Counted from the stretch's first letter, positions 1 to 9,360 are shown. The stretch is 64,000 nucleotides of DNA from Planctomycetia bacterium (GCA_016191115.1 JACPPG010000050.1:12390-76389); one strand, 5' to 3'. Notes: a model not told the origin generated them from the sequence alone. Program-made: numbers and translations.

Positions 1-126
1 GACTTTGTCCCCGCTCCCGAACCGTCGACCATGGTTCTTGGGGTCCTCGGCATGGCGGGATTGATTGCGTGGCGGATGAGTTGTCGGCGGAATTGTGGTG
101 CGAGAAACACGTCCAATTTGGGCTGA
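1..126 (+). CDS. 3' end of a PEP-CTERM-anchored protein (gene starts upstream of window)
   Basis: Frame 1 reads DFVPAPEPSTMVLGVLGMAGLIAWRMSCRR... and ends at TGA 124-126. PEP motif, hydrophobic helix and basic tail together form a PEP-CTERM sorting signal. Confidence 0.5.
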   Translation, partial: DFVPAPEPSTMVLGVLGMAGLIAWRMSCRRNCGARNTSNLG

Positions 127-207
127 CGTGCGTACCTTTACGGAACGCGGTCTTAACACATGAATCGCCAGCCCCTTCGTTCCATCCCTCGCTAAAAGGA
201 GAAAATC

Positions 208-804
208 ATGAGCAAAGCCAACCTTTTCGCTGCGACACTGGCACTGTTTCTGCTAGCGACGGTGTCCGTTGCGGCCGACAACGCGGCCGGAGCTGATAAA
301 TCCAAGGCGGCCAACGCCGCGACCGTGAGTCCGCAGTCGGTCGTCTACGACGCCGCTTCCGCGTTCGAGTTCTTGAAGTCGTTGACCGGCGAGTGGGAAC
401 GCTCGGGCGACGAGCACGACCACGGCGGCAAATCGCAGTCGGTCGCTTTCAGGGAAACGGCGGCCGGGAGCGCTGTCATGGAGACGATCTTTGCGGGCGA
501 GCCCATGGAGATGATCTCGATGTACCACATGGATGGCGACAAGCTGCTTCTGACTCATTACTGTGCACTGCAGAACGCGCCGGTCATGAGGTTCGAGAAG
601 AGCGACAGGCCGGGCGAGATCAAATTCGTCTTTCATGGCGGCACGAACTTCGATCCCCAGGTCGACGCCCACGTTCACGAGGGCGTGATGCGGATCAAGG
701 ACGCCAATACGCTCGAGTCGTCGTTCGTCGGCTATACGGGCGGCAAGCCCGATCAACGCCCGCACGGCGTGCTCAAGCGCAAGCCGGCCAAGGCGACCAA
801 ATAG
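208..804 (+). CDS. secreted hypothetical protein
   Basis: ATG 208 is preceded by AAAGGAGA. Signal peptide MSKANLFAATLALFLLATVSVAA. No catalytic motif recognised. Confidence 0.7.
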   Translation: MSKANLFAATLALFLLATVSVAADNAAGADKSKAANAATVSPQSVVYDAASAFEFLKSLTGEWERSGDEHDHGGKSQSVAFRETAAGSAVMETIFAGEPMEMISMYHMDGDKLLLTHYCALQNAPVMRFEKSDRPGEIKFVFHGGTNFDPQVDAHVHEGVMRIKDANTLESSFVGYTGGKPDQRPHGVLKRKPAKATK

Positions 805-861
805 CCGCACCTCGGGTTCTCCGAACAAAGGTGCCACCGTGCGCGCCGAGCACCTCGCGGC

Positions 862-1344
862 ATGAGCACATTCTCTGAGCTGACAAATCGCGAAAAGACC
901 GTCGAGCTGGTGCGGTGGATGTGCGTCCTGCCGGCGGTTGCGGTTGGCGGATTGGCCGCGCAATACGCCAGTGGCGTCCTGTATCGACTCGCCGTCCAGG
1001 GCTGGGGCGCCGCGGCGGAGTCGAATGTCACGTTGTCGTTGCAAGTCGTGCTGCGCCTTTTGGTCGAGACGGCGGCGATCCTGGCCGGCGCATGGGTGGC
1101 GCCGCGCAACCGTCTCGCGACCGCTCTTGTGTTGGCTGTTGGTGGGGCGATCTTGGCGCTCTTCACCCATGTGTTGAGCCAAAGTCACCGCGGCGCCACG
1201 AACTACCTGCACTTCGCCGCTGAAGCAGGCGGGGCCGCCGTGGCGGTTGCGTGCATCTACTACGCCCAGAAGAGGCGCCAGCGCCAGACGCGGCCTGAAT
1301 CGTCAGTAGATCCCGGGGATCAGCCTGACGTGCGGGCGCGGTAG
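862..1344 (+). CDS. hypothetical integral membrane protein
   Basis: ATG at 862. About four hydrophobic segments (VLPAVAVGGLAA, LLVETAAILAGAW, ALVLAVGGAILALF, GGAAVAVACIYY). Confidence 0.55.
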   Translation: MSTFSELTNREKTVELVRWMCVLPAVAVGGLAAQYASGVLYRLAVQGWGAAAESNVTLSLQVVLRLLVETAAILAGAWVAPRNRLATALVLAVGGAILALFTHVLSQSHRGATNYLHFAAEAGGAAVAVACIYYAQKRRQRQTRPESSVDPGDQPDVRAR

Positions 1345-1958
1345 GCGTCGTACTCTTGGCCGAATTGAATCAGCAGCAATCGCTCCTCGGAACGGATGCG
1401 CGCCACGAGCACGGGCACTATGAGCGCCGTCAGGATCAGGCCCACGCCGGAACGAAAGGCCAAGGCCCAGCCCAGCGAATTGACGAGCAGGCCCAGGTAG
1501 CTCGGGTGGCGGATGAATCGGTAGACGCCGGTCGTGACCAGCTTGTGCCCCGGCTGGATCGCCACGAGCCCGCTGAATCGATTGCCCAGCACGTACACTG
1601 GCCAAAGTCGTAGGGCGCCGCCGGCCGCGAAGAGCGCGACGCCGATCCACCGTGTAAGGTCGCCGTCGATGGTCCAGAAATCGCGACGGTCCGTGTAGGC
1701 GGGGAGATAACCGGCCAAAAGTCCGATGACCGAGAATGCGGCGATGACCCAGCGATTGCCGCGATCCTCGCGGACTCCCGGGCTGATATTTCCGCCGGCG
1801 AAAAACGCCGCGACGCCCAATAGACAGGTCACCACGGCCAGCGCGATCAACGCCTGGTGCGCGGCAAAGTTCTGCAGTCCGCCCCAGCCAAGAACGGCGA
1901 GGCCGAACCAAAGCGCTGTGCCCCCGATGGCGAGTGAGAATCTGGCGAGTGGTGACAT
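1320..1958 (-). CDS. isoprenylcysteine carboxyl methyltransferase (ICMT)/phospholipid methyltransferase family membrane protein
   Basis: Motif block LVTTGVYRFIRHPSYLGLLV ... ARIRSEERLLLIQFGQEYDAY is typical of the ICMT family. ATG at 1958 is preferred over GTG at 1991. Confidence 0.7.
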   Translation of the reverse strand: MSPLARFSLAIGGTALWFGLAVLGWGGLQNFAAHQALIALAVVTCLLGVAAFFAGGNISPGVREDRGNRWVIAAFSVIGLLAGYLPAYTDRRDFWTIDGDLTRWIGVALFAAGGALRLWPVYVLGNRFSGLVAIQPGHKLVTTGVYRFIRHPSYLGLLVNSLGWALAFRSGVGLILTALIVPVLVARIRSEERLLLIQFGQEYDAYRARTSG

Positions 1959-2030
1959 GGACGGCGGCAGGCTAAAAGTCGGCGGTGACACGCCCCCGAT
2001 GCCGCCCGGGGGGACACGGGTGGCCGACCG

Positions 2031-3938
2031 TCAACCGCGCCCGGCCTGTTTGCGGCTCAACCACAGCTCGACCAGTCCCTTGGCGTCGGCGCCGTAGTTC
2101 TTTTCGAGCGCCACGGCAAACTCGGTGCCGGCCCGCAGCGCCGATAGGAGCGCCTGAAATCGCGGTTGGCTGGCCATCAGGAACCGCACGAAGTTGTAAG
2201 CGCGCGAGCGCGTCTCGGCGTCGAGATTCGTGGCAGTCAGGAAACTGTAGTCGCCTGGCGGCGAAGTGCGCTGCGCCTCATCCGCCCACTGCTTGACGAG
2301 CGGGCTCTTCGGCTCGACGCGAACGGCGATCGAGCGGGCCGCGCCGGCCGCGAACCACGCCGGCACATTGCCCAGGCTTTGCACGTACGCGCCGGCTACC
2401 TGTTCGGCCACGAGCGCCGGCAGCCCGGCTTCACCCTCGGATGAGACCGCCAGGCAAGCGTACGATTCCAGCCCTTTGGCGCGCCAGTGACCGGCGGCGC
2501 CCTTGGGCACCTCGCGCTCTTCGACCATGCGGGCGAACTCGGCATAGTCGAACGACCGCTTGAAGAGGTACAGCACCAGGCTCCCCTTCACCAGCGGCGC
2601 CTTGGGATCGAGCTTGAGCCATTTGGCGATCTTCGCCTGTTCCGACTCGGCCAGCTCGCCCAGCTCGGCCAGCCGGGGCGCGGACACATTGCCGATGAGG
2701 ATGAAGTTGGCCGTCTGCGATTGGCCGGGCTGCTCGTCGGGCAGCGCGAGCGCCCAGGTCTTCGCGGCCTGCGTCAGCCGCCTGGCCGCCAACTCGTCGT
2801 GCGACAGTTTCGCGGCCAAAAGCTCCTCGACCACGACCGTCAGCGGCTGAGAGGAGTCCGCTCCGTCGAATTTGGCCCCGTCCTTGATCCAAGTCTCGAA
2901 CCGCCCGATCAATTCGTCCGCCAGGGGAGGCTTCTCCAGCGGCATGCGGTCCCCCTCCGTGCCGCGAAGTTTCTTAATGATCAAACTTTCCGCGGGCTTG
3001 CCGGGCTCGACGATCTTGCCGCTCGCGCCGCCGCGGAGCAGGCCAGCGAACGTCTCGAAGCGCAACTGCCCATCGGGCTGATCGCCGCCGTGGCACTTCA
3101 CGCAGTTTTCCACCAGCGCCGTGGCCAGATCGCGGTTGAACTGCACGCGTTCGTCGCCGGTGGCTTTCACGAGCCCTTCGGGCGCCGGCGCGGCGGGTTT
3201 CGCCGCCTGGCCGATGCGTGCCGAACGGTCGGCGCCGTCGAACCGCGCACCGGCGTCGATCCACGTGGCGATTGCCACGACTTCTTCTTGCGTCATCCGC
3301 GCGCCGCCGCGCGGCATCTTCCCGGTGACGAGCATCTCGACCAGCCGGCTCGCCTGGCTTGCGCCGGGCTGGATGACCGGGCCGCTGTCCGCGCCGCGTG
3401 CCAAATCGTTGAACGTGGCCATGCTCAACCCGCCGCGCGCGCCGCGGATGTGGCAGCCGCCACAACGGGCGATCAGGATCGGCGCGACGTCGGAAGTGAA
3501 GCTCGGGCCGACAGGTTTCGCGGCCGGCTTCTTGGCGGTCGCCGTCTTGACGGGCTTCGTCGAAGACTTCGCGGGCGAAGCTGGGGGCTTCTTGGCAGGA
3601 GCGGGTTTCGACGCCGGCTGCTGCGCCTTGGCCACCAGTCGCTCGGCGGCGGCGAAGCGCTCCGTAAGCCGCTCGACCCCGGCGCGCGAGGCGGCGTCGA
3701 GCGTGGCCGCCGAAAGCTTCTCGAGCGCGGCCTTGGCAGCGGTCAGGGCATCAGCGGCCTCTGTGAGCTTCTTTGCCCGCAGCAAGTCGCCAACCTGGGC
3801 GAGCGATTCGTCGACCGCGCGAAGTTGCTCTTGCGGGGCCGTCGCGGCCTCATCGGCGCGAGCGCCAACGGCAAGCGCGATCGCCAACGCGGCTAGCGTT
3901 GTCAGCATGGAGCGCATGCGAAAACGTGTGCCTCGCAT
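2031..3938 (-). CDS. secreted protein with two planctomycete cytochrome-c (PSCyt1-like, CxxCH) domains
   Basis: Two CxxCH units: ARCGGCHIRGARGGLSMATF and ENCVKCHGGDQPDGQLRFETF, each followed by a ...WI.(A/D)GA.FDG tail. Signal peptide MRGTRFRMRSMLTTLAALAIALAVGARA. The start is ambiguous (3950, 3938, 3917 or 3908). Confidence 0.7.
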   Translation of the reverse strand: MRGTRFRMRSMLTTLAALAIALAVGARADEAATAPQEQLRAVDESLAQVGDLLRAKKLTEAADALTAAKAALEKLSAATLDAASRAGVERLTERFAAAERLVAKAQQPASKPAPAKKPPASPAKSSTKPVKTATAKKPAAKPVGPSFTSDVAPILIARCGGCHIRGARGGLSMATFNDLARGADSGPVIQPGASQASRLVEMLVTGKMPRGGARMTQEEVVAIATWIDAGARFDGADRSARIGQAAKPAAPAPEGLVKATGDERVQFNRDLATALVENCVKCHGGDQPDGQLRFETFAGLLRGGASGKIVEPGKPAESLIIKKLRGTEGDRMPLEKPPLADELIGRFETWIKDGAKFDGADSSQPLTVVVEELLAAKLSHDELAARRLTQAAKTWALALPDEQPGQSQTANFILIGNVSAPRLAELGELAESEQAKIAKWLKLDPKAPLVKGSLVLYLFKRSFDYAEFARMVEEREVPKGAAGHWRAKGLESYACLAVSSEGEAGLPALVAEQVAGAYVQSLGNVPAWFAAGAARSIAVRVEPKSPLVKQWADEAQRTSPPGDYSFLTATNLDAETRSRAYNFVRFLMASQPRFQALLSALRAGTEFAVALEKNYGADAKGLVELWLSRKQAGRG

Positions 3939-4061
3939 TCTCGGTTCCATTAGACCGCGGCGTCGATTCCGCGTCTGTGACTGGCCACACGGCTGCTGTC
4001 CCTTCAACCCGCCATTATAGAAGCCGCTGGCGCCCGGCGTCCAACGGCTCGACTGCGCCGA

Positions 4062-4218
4062 CAGGGCCGTTCACAGATTCAAGCTTGCCGGCGGCGCACC
4101 GGCGGGAAAGTGGGACAGGCACCGAGACGCAACGTTGGTATGAAAGGGCTTGCGCTGTTTATGCTCGGAGCCAGTCCCATTTTCCCGCCTCGCCATTTTG
4201 AAAAACAGAATGGCCCTG
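4062..4218 (+). mobile_element. 157-bp MITE copy A
   Basis: Starts CAGGGCC and ends GGCCCTG. Flanked by ACTGCGCCGA (4052-4061) and ACTCCGCCGA (4219-4228). Near-identical to 5578-5734 and, inverted, to 61654-61810. Confidence 0.85.
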
Positions 4219-4260
4219 ACTCCGCCGATGGCGAGAAAGGTTGGCGGAGCCGCACTACAT

Positions 4261-4326
4261 TAGCCCGACGCGCCAGCGAGGGTCCGCCGCGCATCGTCTC
4301 CAATCCCTCGCTGGCGCGTCGGGCTA
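4261..4326. repeat. long perfect hairpin element (family GCCAGCGAGGG-N22-CCCTCGCTGGC), copy 1
   Basis: TAGCCCGACGCGCCAGCGAGGG (4261-4282) is the exact reverse complement of 4305-4326, with a 22-nt loop. Related copy at 30753-30826. Confidence 0.8.
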
Positions 4327-4427
4327 GTGTGTGTCTAAAGCCCTCAGCGATATCACGGCTGTGGCGAATTGCAGTCCGTGCTGCGGGCGTGGCCGGGTGT
4401 GAAAGGAGGGCAGGATGCCGCTTCCCC

Positions 4428-5132
4428 TCAATGCTGCCCGTGGTGGCGGCGGATGACCGTCTTTTTGCCGCGCATGCGCTCGGAGCGGGTGGGGCGATAG
4501 CCGTGCCGGACGGCGAACCATTCGGCGAACCGCTCGCGGTCGACCGGCCGCGAATTGCGATCGTCCAGCAGGTGTCCCAGCTCGTGAATGAGGATGTTGT
4601 TGAGGTAGAAGTCCTTGATCGACTCCTCAGTCCACATCAGCTTCCACACCCCGCCCGGCTCGTGTACCCAGCGGCCGCCGTACATGCGGGCCTCGTTACG
4701 TTGGGCCGGCTTCGGAGGCTGGTTGTAGAACTCGACCAGGTCCTCCTCAATCGGATAGAGATACAGCGCCGCGCCCCATTGCATGCCGTAGCAGGGGAAG
4801 CTCTGCTTCTTGCGCGTGATGCGGCTGAATTGGACCACTTCCAGCGGCCTGACGAACTCGGCGGGAAGCTGGTCGAGCCGCGCCCGGACCTCGGCCTGCG
4901 TCACCACGTGACGGTAGCCGCGGCCCGGTTCCTGCACGACGAAGCGATAAGGCCGACCCGATTCCGCCGGCTCGTACCAGTTCTCGGGCGGAGCGAACGG
5001 CAACCGCTGGTTGCGCTGCCCACGGGCTCTCTTGTTGTACTGAACCTTGTGCCCGGACGGGCGGGACAAGGGGGCCGTGGAGCGTTCGTGGGGGATGGGG
5101 CCGCGCGTATAGGACTTGGCGACGCCGAACAT
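4428..5132 (-). CDS. uncharacterised putative zinc metallopeptidase (HExxH)
   Basis: The ORF track extends to 5552, but that extension runs through repeat elements. The internal ATG at 5132 (MFGVAKSY...) gives 234 aa. The only motif is NNILIHELGHLLDD (HExxH). Both termini are basic and there is no signal peptide. Confidence 0.55.
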   Translation of the reverse strand: MFGVAKSYTRGPIPHERSTAPLSRPSGHKVQYNKRARGQRNQRLPFAPPENWYEPAESGRPYRFVVQEPGRGYRHVVTQAEVRARLDQLPAEFVRPLEVVQFSRITRKKQSFPCYGMQWGAALYLYPIEEDLVEFYNQPPKPAQRNEARMYGGRWVHEPGGVWKLMWTEESIKDFYLNNILIHELGHLLDDRNSRPVDRERFAEWFAVRHGYRPTRSERMRGKKTVIRRHHGQH

Positions 5133-5459
5133 GGTGAGAACCACCGCCGAGGAGGAGCCAGCAAAATGGGTAAACCGCGCATTTCGCCGTCTCCGTGGCT
5201 CGCGCGCGACGCGGTTGCGTCGCGACGACGCCGATCCTTCATGGAAACCGCCTTTGGCACGAATGGCAAAAGGCCTGTTCCCGCCTCTCAAATTCCATCC
5301 TATCGGGCGGCTGGAAGTGAAAACAAGTGAACAGAAAAAGTGCTTAGTCGGCAGGGGTTTGTGACGTTTTTTTGGCGCCCCTTGACAGTCCGGAAGAGGG
5401 TTTGCAGTCCGCTGGCGGCGGGCCGGCCGCGACAGCCGTTTTGGACGCGACCGGCCCGG

Positions 5460-5552
5460 CGCCATGGCCACGGAGGTATTCCGACGTGGCCATGCTTTCG
5501 GCGCGAACGACCATTTCAGGCCGCATGCCCACGGCGAGCGTGGGCATGGCAC
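5460..5552. repeat. double-hairpin REP-like element (family GTGCCATGGCC...GGGCATGGCAC), copy 1
   Basis: Contains CATGGCCACG-N12-CGTGGCCATG and CATGCCCAC-N7-GTGGGCATG. Homologous in inverted orientation to 18415-18489. Confidence 0.7.
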
Positions 5553-5577
5553 GCGGCAAGGCGCGATGCGTCAAGAG

Positions 5578-5734
5578 CAGGGCCGTTCACAGATTCAAGC
5601 TTGCCGGCGGCGCACCGGCGGGAAAGTGGGATAGGCACCGAGACGCAACGTTGGTCTGAAAGGACTTGCGCTGTTTATGCTCGGAGCCAGTCCCATTTTC
5701 CCGCCTCGCCATTTTGAAAAACAGAATGGCCCTG
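5578..5734 (+). mobile_element. 157-bp MITE copy B
   Basis: Same termini CAGGGCC/GGCCCTG. Perfect 10-bp direct duplication GCGTCAAGAG at 5568-5577 and 5735-5744. Confidence 0.9.
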
Positions 5735-5756
5735 GCGTCAAGAGTGGGGTGACTTG

Positions 5757-6515
5757 CTAATCCTCGGCCGCGGTTGGGCGGGCCGCCAGCCGCGGCGGCA
5801 CGGGCAGCTCGATCGTGAAGTGCGTGCCGCGCCCTGGCTCGCTCTCGACGCGAATCTGGCCGCCGTGGGCCTCGACGATCTTGCGCGCGATCGGGAGACC
5901 GAGTCCCGAACCGCCGGTCTTCGTCGAATAGAACGCCTCGAAGATGCGCGCGCGGGTCCGCTCGTCCATGCCACACCCGGTGTCGATTAAATGCAGCGCG
6001 ACGCCCCGCGGCGTCGTCTCCGTGCTGACGACGAGTTGGCCCCCGTCGGGCATGGCCTGCTGGGCGTTGATGACCAGGTTCAGTAGCGCGCTTTGAAACG
6101 TCTCCCGGTCCAGCAGCACGCCCGGCAGATCGGACTGCAAGTACGAAACGACCTCGATCCGCCCTTCTTGCGCCTTGGGGCGAAGGAAGTCGAGGACGCG
6201 GCGGACTTCCTCGTTGAGGTCGGAGGATTCCAGCCGGGGCTTGCGGACCTTGGCGAAGTTCAAGAAGTCGTCGAGCAGGTTTTGCAGCCGCTGGCACTCG
6301 CGCTCGACGACCGCGATTTTCGCCAGCGCCCGCCGCGCGCGGGGCGAGTCGTCCTGGCCGAAGTCCTCGGCCAATAGCTCCATGTTTAGACCGATCGTCG
6401 ACAGGGGATTCTTGATCTCATGCGCCAGTCCCCCGGCGAGCCGAGCAATCTCCGTGTAGTCGTCGACCAGCTTGCGGTTGACTTCCTCGGCAGACGGTTT
6501 GCGGGGAGGATTCAT
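5757..6515 (-). CDS. soluble sensor histidine kinase (HisKA + HATPase_c only)
   Basis: ATG at 6515 (MNPPRKPS...). H-box LAGGLAHEIKNPLS, N-box LLNLVINAQQAM, G-boxes DTGCGM and GGSGLGLPIARKIV. No adjacent response regulator. Confidence 0.85.
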   Translation of the reverse strand: MNPPRKPSAEEVNRKLVDDYTEIARLAGGLAHEIKNPLSTIGLNMELLAEDFGQDDSPRARRALAKIAVVERECQRLQNLLDDFLNFAKVRKPRLESSDLNEEVRRVLDFLRPKAQEGRIEVVSYLQSDLPGVLLDRETFQSALLNLVINAQQAMPDGGQLVVSTETTPRGVALHLIDTGCGMDERTRARIFEAFYSTKTGGSGLGLPIARKIVEAHGGQIRVESEPGRGTHFTIELPVPPRLAARPTAAED

Positions 6516-6655
6516 GGGGGCGACCGCGTAAAGAGCCCGGCGCGTCCGTGCCAGCCGGCCATGCTCGCGCGGCCACGGCGCATGCTGGCGACAGGCATGC
6601 CCACGCTCGAGCGTAGCATGGCGCCCGGCCATGGCTGGAGGCCCTCGAGCGGCAG

Positions 6656-8770
6656 CTATTGTTTGTCGCCGTTGCCGCGGCCGGCCAGCTCGCGCATGGC
6701 GACTTTCCGGCTGAGTTTGACCCGGTCCTGGTCGTCGATGGCGATCACTTTGACGGTCATCTGATCGCCCACCTTGCACACGTCGGCAACGCTCGTGACG
6801 TATTCGTCCGACAACTCGCTGATGTGCACCAGACCGTCCTTGCCGGGGAGGATCTCGACGAAGGCGCCGAAGTCCTTGACGCTCGTCACGCGACCGTCGT
6901 AGATCTTGCCCACCGTCACGCTCTCGGTCAGCGCTTCGACGCGTCTCAAGGCGGCGAGCGCCGCCTCGGCGTCGTTGCTGGCCACGGTAACGGTGCCGTC
7001 GTCCTCGACTTCGATGACCGCGCCGGTCGCCTCCTGGATGCCGCGGATCGTCTTTCCGCCCGGGCCGATCAACAGGCCGATCTTCTCGGGTGGAATGTGG
7101 GTCCGCAGGAGGCGCGGCGCCCACAGCGAGATTTCCTCGCGCGGCATCGAGATCGCCGTCAGCATCGAGCGGAGGATGTTGATCCGCGCCTCGCGCGACT
7201 GGGCCATCGTGGCGCGGATAATCTCCGCGCCGATGCCGTTGATCTTCAGGTCCAACTGGATGCCGGTGATGCCGTTCTGGGTGCCGGCGATCTTGAAGTC
7301 CATGTCGCCGAAGTGGTCCTCGTCACCGATGATGTCGGTGAGCAGGGTCCACTTCGTGTCGGATTCCTTGACGAGGCCCACGGAGATGCCGGCCACGGGA
7401 TTGGTGATCTTGACGCCGGCCGACATCAGCCCCAATGTGGCCCCGCACACGCTGGCCATCGAGCTGGAGCCGTTCGACTCGAGGATGTCGGAGATGACGC
7501 GGATCGTGTAGGGGAACTCCTCGGAGTCGGGCAGAACCGGCTTGACGCTCCGCTCGGCCAGCGCGCCGTGACCGATCTCGCGGCGGCCCGGCCCGCGAAT
7601 GGGGCGCACCTCGCCCACGGAAAAGGGCGGGAAGTTATAGTCGAGCATGAACTTTTTGGTGTATTCCTCGATCAGCCCGTCCACGCGCTGCTCGTCGCGC
7701 GTGGTGCCCAGCGTGACGGTGATCAATGCCTGGGTCTCGCCGCGCTGGAAGATGGCCGAACCGTGCACCCGCGGCAGCACGTCGACTTCGCACACGATCG
7801 GGCGGAGGTCCTTGGCGCCGCGGCCGTCGGGCCGGGCGCCGCTGAGGATCAAGTCCCGCACGACCCGCTCTTCCAATTGGTGCCAGGCGCGTTCGACACT
7901 CGCCACGGGAATCGCACCGGCCGCGGCCGGGTCGGGAACCAGCTCGGCCACCACCCGCGCCTTGAGCGCGGCGACGGCGTCGGCCCGGGCGTGCTTGCCC
8001 ACGGTCTGTTTGGCGGTCTTGAAGGCCGCGTAGTAGGTCTCCCGCAGGCGATCCAACAGTCCGTCGGACGGCGGAATCTCGTACTGCTTCTTCTCGACGT
8101 TCGCCTTGGCAAACAGTTCGTTCTGTAGCGCGCAGAGGTCCTTGATCAGCCGATGTGCCTCGGCGATCGCCTCGGCCATGACGTCCTCGGGCAATTCGCG
8201 TGCGAAGCCCTCGATCATCAGCACGGCGTCTTTGCTGCCGGACACGATGAGGTCCAGATCGCTCTCTTCAAGCTGATCCTGCGTCGGGAATGGCACCCAT
8301 CCGCCATCGATCCGCCCAAGGCGGACGGCGGCCACCGGTCCCTCGAACGGCAGGGGCGACAGCCCCAGGCAGGCGCTCGCGCCGTTCATGGCCAGCACGT
8401 CGGCGTCGTTCTGGCGGTCGCTAGCAAGCACGAATGACTGAATCTGCACTTCGTCGTGGAACCACTCGGGGAAGAGCGGACGGATCGGCCGGTCCACCAG
8501 ACGCGAGGTGAGCGTCTCCTTCATCGTGGGCCGCCCCTCGCGCTTGAGAAAACCACCGGGGAACTTGCCGGCGGCGGCGGTCCGCTCGCGGTAGTCGCAG
8601 GTGAGGGGGAAAAAGTCGATGCCCGGCCGCGGCGGTCCTGTCGCGGCGGCGGTAAGCACGACCGTGTCGCCGTACTGGACGAGGCAACTGCCGGCGGCCT
8701 GCTTGGCGAGGAAACCAGTTTCGATCGACAGGACACTGTCACCAATCTGCTTTTCGACACGTACTTTCAA
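6656..8770 (-). CDS. pnp: polyribonucleotide nucleotidyltransferase (PNPase)
   Basis: Full PNPase architecture: FPLTCDYRERTAAAGKFPGGFLKREGRP, a second RNase PH core, a KH domain (IGPGGKTIRGIQ) and an S1 domain (GKIYDGRVTSVKDFGAFVEILPGKDGLVHISEL). TTG at 8770 gives the conserved N-terminus MKVRVEKQIGD. The alternative ATG at 8884 would add a non-conserved 38 aa. Confidence 0.9.
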   Translation of the reverse strand: MKVRVEKQIGDSVLSIETGFLAKQAAGSCLVQYGDTVVLTAAATGPPRPGIDFFPLTCDYRERTAAAGKFPGGFLKREGRPTMKETLTSRLVDRPIRPLFPEWFHDEVQIQSFVLASDRQNDADVLAMNGASACLGLSPLPFEGPVAAVRLGRIDGGWVPFPTQDQLEESDLDLIVSGSKDAVLMIEGFARELPEDVMAEAIAEAHRLIKDLCALQNELFAKANVEKKQYEIPPSDGLLDRLRETYYAAFKTAKQTVGKHARADAVAALKARVVAELVPDPAAAGAIPVASVERAWHQLEERVVRDLILSGARPDGRGAKDLRPIVCEVDVLPRVHGSAIFQRGETQALITVTLGTTRDEQRVDGLIEEYTKKFMLDYNFPPFSVGEVRPIRGPGRREIGHGALAERSVKPVLPDSEEFPYTIRVISDILESNGSSSMASVCGATLGLMSAGVKITNPVAGISVGLVKESDTKWTLLTDIIGDEDHFGDMDFKIAGTQNGITGIQLDLKINGIGAEIIRATMAQSREARINILRSMLTAISMPREEISLWAPRLLRTHIPPEKIGLLIGPGGKTIRGIQEATGAVIEVEDDGTVTVASNDAEAALAALRRVEALTESVTVGKIYDGRVTSVKDFGAFVEILPGKDGLVHISELSDEYVTSVADVCKVGDQMTVKVIAIDDQDRVKLSRKVAMRELAGRGNGDKQ

Positions 8771-8958
8771 GGTTCTTCCGTCCTTTTCTTCCGGCGTCCC
8801 AGGATCGCGATTCCAGAGCTCAGGCGGCACAACGAGCGGCTGCCTGGCAAGGAACGCGAAAGCGCCTCGCGGGAAACGGGGCATCAAGCGGGCTGGCGTG
8901 CGCTACTGCGTCAAGGGCCTGGGAAGGCCCGTGCCAGGCAAGCGAGGTGAGAATGCTA

Positions 8959-9228
8959 CTACTTGCGGATGTCGAGACGCCGAATGATGTCCAAGTAGCG
9001 CTGCGGGGTCACTTTCTTCAAGTAATCCAGCAGCCGACGCCGGCGACTGACCATCATCAACAGACCGCGCCGACTGGCGTAGTCCTTCGTATGCGTCCGC
9101 AAATGCTCGGTCAACTCGCCAATGCGCGTTGTCAGCAGGGCGATTTGGACCTCGGGCGAGCCGGTATCGCGCTCGCCGCGCCGGAAATCCCCGATCAGTG
9201 CTTGCTTCCGCTCTTTTGTGATGGCCAT
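8959..9228 (-). CDS. rpsO: 30S ribosomal protein S15
   Basis: [70 protein letters not shown], 89 aa, directly upstream of pnp. Confidence 0.95.
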   Translation of the reverse strand: MAITKERKQALIGDFRRGERDTGSPEVQIALLTTRIGELTEHLRTHTKDYASRRGLLMMVSRRRRLLDYLKKVTPQRYLDIIRRLDIRK

Positions 9229-9360
9229 CTGCTCGCCGCAGTTTCTCCACGCTGGCCGGCAACCGGCCACTTCCAACACACCGCCGAACCCTTTGTTTCC
9301 CAAAGGCTCGCCTAGGGCGACTCCCACTGTAAGGTGTTTGCTACAAAACTTTAAACCGCC

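Noticed and set aside
5133-5552. N-terminal 140-aa extension of the HExxH ORF, and similar long extensions of ORFs 5757-7124, 15206-16273, 16754-17881 and 23182-24558
   Set aside because: The extensions are low-complexity, cross repeat elements or upstream genes, and lack RBSs. Internal starts restore conserved N-termini (for example MGLFDKIK for FtsY).
4062-5734. The two direct MITE copies and the enclosed gene as a composite transposon
   Set aside because: Each MITE has its own, different target-site duplication (ACTGCGCCGA-type versus GCGTCAAGAG). They therefore inserted independently. No duplication brackets the whole 1.7-kb unit.
6659-8128. 489-aa ORF antisense to pnp
   Set aside because: Shadow frame opposite a full-length, motif-rich PNPase. 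Its composition is low-complexity (D/G/A/R/L-rich).
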